Below the pieces are notes generated by a model. It saw nothing but the letters and a program-made list of their open reading frames with translations, had not been told where the DNA came from and did not search any database. From a virus, in IMG/VR virus record IMGVR_UViG_3300025949_000019, positions 33,539 to 97,538 of that record: a stretch of DNA of 64,000 bases; one strand, 5' to 3'. The translations under genes and the position numbers were made by a program. Positions 53,728-61,333 of this stretch are shown piece after piece. Within the stretch, counting starts at the first letter, position 1, and each line of letters opens with the position of its first letter.

Positions 53728-55440
53728 TTATATAATCCTCGAATAGTTACCAACGCGCTCAAATTTTACTACTGACTTGAATTTGTCCTGCAAGATATCA
53801 CCTCTATGCGATATCACAAACAAATTGCATTTCTCCAATGAGTGTAGAAGTTTCGTTAGATATTCTACGCCCTGTGCATCCAAAGAGGAATCGAAGATTT
53901 CATCGAGTATCAGTATGTTGGTCGCTACGCTATTTTTCAATTTAGCGATTTCGCGCCATGTGAGCATTAAACTCATGTCGATTTTCTGCTTCTCTCCCTC
54001 AGAAAAATTCTCGTAGGAAAATTCATCCCTATAACGAGATTTAATAACTTCCTTGAATGTTTCATCTAGTTCAAAATTAACAAAGAAGTCTTGTTCTGCA
54101 AGATACTTATTCACCAATTTATTGATGATCGGTAGATATTGTTTAATGATTCTAGACTTGATTCCGTTGTCTTTTAGTAATTGACCAACGATATCATAGT
54201 GTGCTTTTGAGTTTAGCAATTCTTCCCTAGATTCTTCCAACAGGACTAATTTCTCCTGTAGATCAGCTAATTCGGTTGAGATAGCATCTAGATCACCTTT
54301 TGCCTTTGTTAGCTGATTCTTCTTTTTCTCATAATCAAGCAAGACTTTGGTCAGGACTCCGACCTCAGATAACATCAATGAATTTGATGAATTCAATGCC
54401 GCAATCTCTCGTTCTTTTTGTTCGATTGCTTTGATGCTAACTTGCAACATCTTCATCTTGTCTTCCAGCATTTTAAGACCATTTTTATATTGTTGCTGGC
54501 GACGTTCGAAATAATCTAGTTTCTTCTGTTTCTTTTCCTCAGTGATGCTAGCATCGCATGTAGGACATGTCTCGGTGGAAATCCAGAAATTGATATCTGT
54601 ATTAGCCTTATTTAGGTTTGATTCAATTCCAACTAAAAATCCCTCGGACTTTTTCAATTTGTCCGCGTAACCTTGCTTGGCTTGTAGGTCTTCTGACCCC
54701 AACATACTCTTTACCTTTAATTCTTGTATCTTGACCAGTTTTTGTAATTTTTTGATCCGTTCGTTGGTGTCTTCGATCTTTTCTTCAATGTCATCTATTT
54801 CCTTTTGTTTGTTTTTCTGAAGTTCTGCTAGATGCTTTTCTTTGATATCAGATTCCTTTTTCACCAATTGTTCTTCATGCTTGTTTTCAACGATCTTTTG
54901 ATCGACTCCATCAATTCTAGATTTCAGTAGCTTATTCATTGTGGAGAATATCTGAATGTCCAAAATATCCTCGATGATTGCTCTGCGATCAGCGGCCTTC
55001 AATTGCATGAATGGTGTAAAGTTTGCATTGCCCAAAACAACAACCTGCGTGAACGTCTTTCTATTCCAGCGAAGAATGAATGTCTCAAGATATTCCTGAT
55101 AGTCAATCTTGCCCGGCTGATCTATTAACTTGCCATCCTTGTAGATTTCAAACAAAGCAGGCTTCATTCCACGAATGACTTTGTATTTGTTTGTTCCGAT
55201 GACAAACTCCGATTCAGTTACTAAATCCGATCCATTGATCGAATTGACCAATGTCGGAAGATTGATGTTTCTGAATGGCTTGCCAAATAGGTTATAGCAC
55301 AATGCATCCAAGATTGTAGACTTGCCAGCACCGTTCTCACCTATGATTAGCGTGTTGTCTGTTTTGTCTAGTTTAATCTCAGTGAAGGCTGATCCTGTGC
55401 TCAGGAAATTCTTCCATCTGATTGTAGTAAATTTGATCAT
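53728..55440 (-). CDS. gp46: Recombination endonuclease ATPase subunit gp46 (SbcC/Rad50-like)
   Basis: WKNFLSTG, GENGAGKS, CPTC hook, FSEGEK, LILDE..D, ISH; start at 55440. Confidence 0.96.
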   Translation of the reverse strand: MIKFTTIRWKNFLSTGSAFTEIKLDKTDNTLIIGENGAGKSTILDALCYNLFGKPFRNINLPTLVNSINGSDLVTESEFVIGTNKYKVIRGMKPALFEIYKDGKLIDQPGKIDYQEYLETFILRWNRKTFTQVVVLGNANFTPFMQLKAADRRAIIEDILDIQIFSTMNKLLKSRIDGVDQKIVENKHEEQLVKKESDIKEKHLAELQKNKQKEIDDIEEKIEDTNERIKKLQKLVKIQELKVKSMLGSEDLQAKQGYADKLKKSEGFLVGIESNLNKANTDINFWISTETCPTCDASITEEKKQKKLDYFERRQQQYKNGLKMLEDKMKMLQVSIKAIEQKEREIAALNSSNSLMLSEVGVLTKVLLDYEKKKNQLTKAKGDLDAISTELADLQEKLVLLEESREELLNSKAHYDIVGQLLKDNGIKSRIIKQYLPIINKLVNKYLAEQDFFVNFELDETFKEVIKSRYRDEFSYENFSEGEKQKIDMSLMLTWREIAKLKNSVATNILILDEIFDSSLDAQGVEYLTKLLHSLEKCNLFVISHRGDILQDKFKSVVKFERVGNYSRII

Positions 55441-55883
55441 TGTTGTTGATGCTCTTTTAAATAATCTATACACTTATAAAACAAATTAATATCATCCTTT
55501 AAAAGTCCTAAGGCTGTATTGCAATTAGAACACAACAATTTTCTAATTTTGTTTGTTTTATGGTCGTGATCAATATGAGAATAGCCACCATCTTCTTTTT
55601 TACTGTAAAACTTATTTGCGATTGTTTTATGGCAAATATAACAACATCCATTCTGGCTTTCATACATAGAAAGATAGTCGTTTTCCGTTAAGCCTATAAA
55701 TTTTAAATCTTGTAATGCCTTACGTTTTTTAATTGTTCCCTTTGGTAGATTTTTAGCATAAGCTTTCATGCACGAAATACATTTCGTTTGATATTTCCAA
55801 TCCCCATTGGGATTTTGGCTATGGCGCCAAAATTTATCTAATTTCAACCTTTTCTTACAACCACAACATTTCTTCATCATCAT
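55437..55883 (-). mobile_element. Endonuclease VII-type (His-Me) free-standing homing endonuclease
   Basis: Q...C.IC, HIDHDHKT.KIR.LLC.NCN.ALG and N-terminal CxxC pairs; AT-rich; inserted between gp47 and gp46. Confidence 0.85.
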
Positions 55884-56938
55884 GTTAATTCAAGCCCCAA
55901 AGCTTCTGTGTATAATTCTCTGGAGATTTTCTTGATGTGTTCCGGTAGAATATGTTCTGGAAGCGTTAATCCATCAATATACTTAGATATAATCGTTTGG
56001 GTATCTTCAGCCTCATTGACTAATTCTTCGGAGGCTTCGTAAATATTGCCATAATCCTCAGAGATGATAATCTCTACAGGGTTCTCACGATGAATCATGT
56101 CAATCACTCTATCAAACAGGAACGGATTGTTCTTGTTCGTGACAATGACTTTCAAGTAAGAATCTTTGTATTGAGCTAGATTCTGACCTCTCCACCAATT
56201 CAAATCTTGTGTAGTGTCATCGTACCAAACCTTATGAAACATCTTCAATGGATTCGGAATGAATTCCAATTCAAGGCTGCCAGTGTCAAAGACGTGAAAG
56301 CCCTTTTGGTCATTATAATCCGCCCATGTGATTTCATACTGAGTTCCGAGATAAAAGATTGATCCGTCAGTGGATTTTGTATGGAAGTGGCCGGAGATTA
56401 CTTTGTCGAATCTCTCAAATAACTTGCGATCAAGACCTGTGTAGCAGACATTTCCACGATCCATCTCGAAACCAGAAATCTCGAAGTGACCGAATATAAC
56501 CTTTGCTTTCGTGTTTGTAAGGAAGTCAACGCATTCCTGATAATTTCCAGAGTTAATCCACGGAACAATGCCTATTAGCAAGCCATCATATTGTTTTTCA
56601 ATTGGGCTTGTATAGACCGGAAAATTGTATCTGCCTTCGATTAGTTCTGAGATTGCATTAGGTGTGTTTGTGTTTCTGTATGGAACATCATGATTGCCCA
56701 CTAAGAATTCGACGTTAATAAATCTGTCCAAAACTTTCTTGCGCCATGAATGTGCAATGACGTAGTTCATGAATTTACGACGGTCTACGAAATCTCCTAA
56801 TTGAAACACATGGTCAATGTTGTTCTTTTCGCAGTATGGAAAAAAAACTTCCTCAAAAAATCTGAGGAAGTATGAATTGAAGTGAAGGGATTCCTGTCTT
56901 GCGCCTTGGTGATTATCGTTTAGAAAGGCAATTTTCAT
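55880..56938 (-). CDS. gp47: Recombination endonuclease subunit gp47 (SbcD/Mre11-like)
   Basis: D.H.G, LGDFVD, GNHD, GHFE, SGHFH motifs. Confidence 0.95.
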   Translation of the reverse strand: MKIAFLNDNHQGARQESLHFNSYFLRFFEEVFFPYCEKNNIDHVFQLGDFVDRRKFMNYVIAHSWRKKVLDRFINVEFLVGNHDVPYRNTNTPNAISELIEGRYNFPVYTSPIEKQYDGLLIGIVPWINSGNYQECVDFLTNTKAKVIFGHFEISGFEMDRGNVCYTGLDRKLFERFDKVISGHFHTKSTDGSIFYLGTQYEITWADYNDQKGFHVFDTGSLELEFIPNPLKMFHKVWYDDTTQDLNWWRGQNLAQYKDSYLKVIVTNKNNPFLFDRVIDMIHRENPVEIIISEDYGNIYEASEELVNEAEDTQTIISKYIDGLTLPEHILPEHIKKISRELYTEALGLELT

Positions 56939-56941
56939 AAT

Positions 56942-57676
56942 TTAATCTATTATCTTCGCTTGGTTATCTGGATCAGTATTCCAGCTATAATCTCTATGTA
57001 TTCTTTCTACTGCACGTCTGATTGCGTAGAAGCCGTTAACTCCATGGTAATGATGTAAATCACCAGTATCTATCCAATATGGACCTTTACCTGAACAAAC
57101 AACATGCGTTTCATGTTTTCCACTTGCACCTGTATAGGCACCATCTTCTTTTCTAGGATGTTCTTTCCAGAATTCTCGTTGACCATCTACGACTGCAAAA
57201 TGATCTGTTCCGAAATATTTATTTTTTCGTTCTGGTTGAAGATTTACTATCGACTCGTATGACATTTCTATCACTATTATCCATCCGGCTCTTAACCAGT
57301 TGTCAACTCTACGATGCCATTCCATTTCATTTACCTGCCAACCAAAAGAATATGACCACCTATCTTTATCTACTTCTGGGTGAATCACATCAATTTCCCA
57401 ATCCAACCGATAGTCAAGATCGTGAAGATTTTGTAATGCTCTATAAAAGCCTGACCAATGATTCGACAAAAATTTATTACCTTTACCTTTCCGACCGCAA
57501 TCGACTATCCCACAACCGCCAGTTTCATCTTCGAAACAAGAAAATGCATCATCGAAACTGAGTGGTTTTTCTGGGTAGAGGTAATCCACTACAACTTTTA
57601 AGGAACAGGCAAAACAATCACCACCCGGATTTTTGTGGGGATTTGGTTGCATGAACGGTTTTACATTCAATAGCAT
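56942..57676 (-). CDS. Hypothetical protein, possible C39-like cysteine peptidase fold
   Basis: Q...GDCFACSL near the N-terminus and HFAVVDG downstream. Confidence 0.5.
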   Translation of the reverse strand: MLLNVKPFMQPNPHKNPGGDCFACSLKVVVDYLYPEKPLSFDDAFSCFEDETGGCGIVDCGRKGKGNKFLSNHWSGFYRALQNLHDLDYRLDWEIDVIHPEVDKDRWSYSFGWQVNEMEWHRRVDNWLRAGWIIVIEMSYESIVNLQPERKNKYFGTDHFAVVDGQREFWKEHPRKEDGAYTGASGKHETHVVCSGKGPYWIDTGDLHHYHGVNGFYAIRRAVERIHRDYSWNTDPDNQAKIID

Positions 57677-57688
57677 GATATTATCTTC

Positions 57689-58264
57689 CTATTCCATATC
57701 ATTGTCAGGCAATTCTTCTTGTGGTTCAGCTTTCTTTTTACGGCGCTTGTTTCGTTTTTCTTCCACTTTTTCTTCGAAATTATGAATGTATTCTGCCATA
57801 TTGTCATACAGACCATCTTGTGGCATCATTTTGCCTTCTTCGTTTCTGTCTTCCTGAATCTCATGTTCCATTATGCCATGTTGTTCTGTCAGCTTGTATT
57901 TGATATATGACTGTTTCTTTTCCTTTTCTATTCTTCGCACGAATGCATACCATACGATCTGAGTGAAGTAAGAAAATGGATTCTCTGATTTCTTTGGATC
58001 AAAGTTTCTGAAATACATCAATGCATTCTCTACCCCATCCATGATCATTTCGTCTTTGTAGCTATATTGGGCAAAGTTCGGCGCACGGCTTAAGTTTGTG
58101 GCAATCTTTAGAAAACAATCACCGATATATCTTGGAATCGGCGGGTCTGGTTTGTCATTCTTTTTAGCTTCGTCGCACTTTGCAAAGTAATCCAAAAGTT
58201 GCCTCAAGAATTCTTTGTTATCAATATAGTTCACCTTGGGTTTGCCTGTCTTGTTGCTACTCAT
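57689..58264 (-). CDS. gp55: Late-transcription sigma factor gp55
   Basis: YIDNKEF, YIGDCFLKIA..LS..PNF..Y...EMI.DG.EN, NPFSYFTQI...AFVRRI.KEKKQ. Confidence 0.95.
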   Translation of the reverse strand: MSSNKTGKPKVNYIDNKEFLRQLLDYFAKCDEAKKNDKPDPPIPRYIGDCFLKIATNLSRAPNFAQYSYKDEMIMDGVENALMYFRNFDPKKSENPFSYFTQIVWYAFVRRIEKEKKQSYIKYKLTEQHGIMEHEIQEDRNEEGKMMPQDGLYDNMAEYIHNFEEKVEEKRNKRRKKKAEPQEELPDNDME

Positions 58265-58365
58265 TTTGCCCCTTTCACATTTGCCTGACATTTGTCTTGA
58301 CTTTCGATAAAATCTCTGTGTGCCTGGATAAAGGTTAATAAAACCTACCTTGAGTCTACTAAATA

Positions 58366-58860
58366 TTAGTTAAACTTCTTACGGAAGTTAGATAGTTTCC
58401 CCGCTAGTTGTTCTCCAAATTCTTCTGCATTCCTCTCGTCTTCTTCTTCCTCAGTTTCTCGCATATCATTGAAGGTTTTATCACCTTCAAACAACTCACC
58501 TTTTCTAATCAATTCTTCTATACCAACTTTCTTCAGAACAGAAGTTGTGTATGATCGCAGAAATCCTTCATTTACGTCTACCATTGTCAAAATGTCATCC
58601 TGAAGAATGACGCACATTTGTTCTTGAACAATAGAAGATGGCAACCATTCTTCAATCATAAATGGCACTTTAACACCTTTCATTGGTGATCCTTGAAGGT
58701 CTCCATAAACAATCTTGAACGGATTGTATAATGTAACCTCTGATTCAAAATCTCCCTTCCCTAATTCCACCATTGCAACAATAGATTCTCCATTAACCAA
58801 CTTGATCAACTTGATTTTTGGTAGTTCTGATACCTCTACTGGGTTTAATTGTTCATCCAT
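58366..58860 (-). CDS. Conserved T4-like hypothetical protein (Sm-like pattern)
   Basis: IKLVNGESIVA..L.NP..W pattern; lies between uvsW and gp55. Confidence 0.65.
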   Translation of the reverse strand: MDEQLNPVEVSELPKIKLIKLVNGESIVAMVELGKGDFESEVTLYNPFKIVYGDLQGSPMKGVKVPFMIEEWLPSSIVQEQMCVILQDDILTMVDVNEGFLRSYTTSVLKKVGIEELIRKGELFEGDKTFNDMRETEEEEDERNAEEFGEQLAGKLSNFRKKFN

Positions 58861-58862
58861 GG

Positions 58863-60386
58863 TTAATATGACTCTCCCTTGATTTGAATGTTGTAGAATT
58901 TATAATCAAACTTCTCACCTATATAAAATGAAAATCGTTCTTGAAAATGATCTAACGTTGTATTTGTGGCAGACCCAACCGAAAAATCATCAATCAGATC
59001 AAATAATGTACAGTGGTTCTTAAATTCACCCAATCTCAAACCACGACCGATTGATTGCAAAACTCTGATTCTGGATTTAGTGGGTGATGTTAATATGATG
59101 TTGTGGATGTGTCTGATATTTATCCCCATTTGGAATGTTCCATATGATGCAACTATGATTGCATCCTTTTCCTTATCGACAATGGCTCTTATACTTTCTC
59201 GTTGTTCTACTTCGGTGCCACCGTAGACATAAAAACACTTTCTTTCAGGTGTTGCTTTTAGTGCTTCTTCTATTATTTCCTTTAGAATGTTGCCGTGTTT
59301 TTCTACGTATTCAAACAGCAACAATGTATTTCCCTTAAGAGATAGAGCTAAATTCTTAATGAATCTGTTTCTAGCCTTATGGGCAATGATAAACTCGAAT
59401 TCATCATCATATTTTGAATCCAGAACCATCCTTGATGTTTCCAACGGATATGTCAAAAACAGGCATTTGATTGTCAAATCAGCAATCAAACCACGATCCA
59501 TTAGTTTTTTCGTCGTAACTAGATTTCTTACTGTGCCAAATAATCCTTCTAGGATCAATTTATGCGTTGCAGTTCCATTTAATGTGCCCGTACATCCTAT
59601 TCTATAGGATGCATTCTTAGTTTTTGTCATGATGTGGGTGAGGCTCTTTGCTTGAAATATATGAGCTTCGTCACCCAATACAAAATCAAATTGTTCGAAG
59701 TATTCTTTCTCTGGAGGATTCTTGCCGGACGTTAGAGATTGCCATGTCGAAATAATCAGTTTCTTGCTCTGATCGTCCTTAGGTTTGCCCTGATAGACTC
59801 TATGGCATGTCTTCGATACATCATAGCCATTTCCGGTAGAATAATCCTGAAAATCTGTGTACATTTGTTCTACCAGTGATATTGTTGGGACCACTAGCAA
59901 ACCCTTTTTGAAACCCATTTCTTCAGTCAAATATCTAAATAGGCAATAAAGGATCAGAGATTTCCCCGACGCTGTTGGTGACAATAGCAACATTCGTTTA
60001 TCACGAATGCCAAACATGAATGATCCGTACTGATAATCACGAACCTCTAATTTTGTTCCGCCAGAATGAATATGCAGCGAATCAATATACTGTTTTGCTT
60101 CTAGAGCAGACAACTCAGCCTTTATTTCTATGTTCGGATCGTACTCACATTTATACTTGCGCTCGTCCGCGAATGCTTTTATGTATGGCAATAAACCCAC
60201 GTAGATTTGATGTGTTCGCAAATCAAAAAGACGAATCAATCCATCCCAATACTTTTTCCTGTATTGTGGAGAGAATTCTGCACCCGGAACTTTGAATGTA
60301 AAGAAAGAAGATAGTTCTTTTGCAACACTATCTTCGCATTCGATTATTAGGTGAACTTCGTCTTTTTTGTGTATTTTCAATATCAC
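58863..60386 (-). CDS. uvsW: DNA helicase UvsW
   Basis: WDG.IRLF, RDYQ, SPTASGKS, DEAH, TGT and QSIGRGLR motifs. Confidence 0.96.
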   Translation of the reverse strand: MILKIHKKDEVHLIIECEDSVAKELSSFFTFKVPGAEFSPQYRKKYWDGLIRLFDLRTHQIYVGLLPYIKAFADERKYKCEYDPNIEIKAELSALEAKQYIDSLHIHSGGTKLEVRDYQYGSFMFGIRDKRMLLLSPTASGKSLILYCLFRYLTEEMGFKKGLLVVPTISLVEQMYTDFQDYSTGNGYDVSKTCHRVYQGKPKDDQSKKLIISTWQSLTSGKNPPEKEYFEQFDFVLGDEAHIFQAKSLTHIMTKTKNASYRIGCTGTLNGTATHKLILEGLFGTVRNLVTTKKLMDRGLIADLTIKCLFLTYPLETSRMVLDSKYDDEFEFIIAHKARNRFIKNLALSLKGNTLLLFEYVEKHGNILKEIIEEALKATPERKCFYVYGGTEVEQRESIRAIVDKEKDAIIVASYGTFQMGINIRHIHNIILTSPTKSRIRVLQSIGRGLRLGEFKNHCTLFDLIDDFSVGSATNTTLDHFQERFSFYIGEKFDYKFYNIQIKGESY

Positions 60387-60850
60387 GCTGATCTAATCCT
60401 GACTTCCCAATCGATGTAGGCTTTTACTGAGAAGTGTCGTGAATTAATTTCTTTCATGATATATTCACACACTTCTATTATCGTTTCGTAGATTTTCTTT
60501 CGTTTCTGGATTTCCATTAACAAAGGATCAGTTGCTAACATATCTTCCCGTTGTGCGCTGATTCTTGGTGCCTTACCCAAGTAAGGTGTCCAACCCAATT
60601 TGTCTAATTCGGCTTTTGTTAATGTTCCTTCATAATAAGCAATTCTTTTGCCACGCATATCCTTATATTCGTCTTCTGCACGAATCAAGTTTACCTTATT
60701 TCTTGCGAGAATTTTGAGATACTTAGTGTGGTTGTCCTGATTCTTTTTTATGTTGTCATTCGGCATTGTTGTGTCGAAAACAGAATCTTTCTCCCAATCA
60801 CTCAGAATGTTTTCTAGAAGTTGCTCGTCGCTTTCAAATGTTTTAGACAT
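60383..60850 (-). CDS. uvsY: Recombination mediator UvsY
   Basis: W.KDS, H.KYL, YY.G, I..R.F..K..IDW; adjacent to uvsW. Confidence 0.85.
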   Translation of the reverse strand: MSKTFESDEQLLENILSDWEKDSVFDTTMPNDNIKKNQDNHTKYLKILARNKVNLIRAEDEYKDMRGKRIAYYEGTLTKAELDKLGWTPYLGKAPRISAQREDMLATDPLLMEIQKRKKIYETIIEVCEYIMKEINSRHFSVKAYIDWEVRIRSA

Positions 60851-60880
60851 AGTTCTTCCATAGTTTAGATGTGTCTGTCA

Positions 60881-60909
60881 ATAGTACATGAAAAACCCTT
60901 AGGTGTCAA
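60881..60909 (-). promoter_or_regulatory. sigma70-type promoter for the uvsY operon
   Basis: On the - strand: TTGACA (60909-60904), 17 nt, TACTAT (60886-60881). Confidence 0.7.
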
Positions 60910-60936
60910 TAACTTGATTGCACATCTACCAGTTTA

Positions 60937-60965
60937 TTGACATTTGCGGTAAACTCCTATATAAT
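60937..60965 (+). promoter_or_regulatory. Consensus sigma70 early promoter
   Basis: TTGACA-17 nt-TATAAT, perfect consensus. Confidence 0.9.
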
Positions 60966-60994
60966 GTCGGGATAATTGCAATGTGGAGGTATTT

Positions 60995-61246
60995 ATGTGG
61001 ACTGAAGCGGAACTGAATGAGGAACAAGAAATCCAGCGCATTCTCGATCAACAAGATATCGAAGATGCCGCGCTAGCGCATCAACAAGGTCTAGATGAAC
61101 AAGCCGAACGGTTAACAGAAGAAGAACAAAAGGAACTAACCCTCTGGCATCTCGAAATTACGATGAGGGATGCGATTGCTCAATGCGGCAGAGATGCGGT
61201 AAATCTTCTGTTTGTCAAAGTCATGAATGACAAAAATACGCAGTAA
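60995..61246 (+). CDS. Small acidic early protein
   Basis: SD GGAGG at 60985-60989, ATG 60995; first gene behind the early promoter. Confidence 0.75.
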   Translation: MWTEAELNEEQEIQRILDQQDIEDAALAHQQGLDEQAERLTEEEQKELTLWHLEITMRDAIAQCGRDAVNLLFVKVMNDKNTQ

Positions 61247-61267
61247 AATCAAACATTTACGTGGGGC

Positions 61268-61296
61268 TTGCGTTTCTGGTTAGACTCCTGTATAAT
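61268..61296 (+). promoter_or_regulatory. Second sigma70 early promoter
   Basis: TTGCGT-17 nt-TATAAT; shares ACTCCTRTATAATGTCG with the promoter at 60937. Confidence 0.8.
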
Positions 61297-61333
61297 GTCG
61301 TTGTAAATCAATTATCAATCCAGCGTGAAATCA

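Noticed and set aside
58358-58365. ACTAAATA on the + strand near the gp55 5' region (possible antisense late promoter)
   Set aside because: It is a single AT-rich, near-palindromic match pointing into an oppositely oriented gene and cannot be told from chance.
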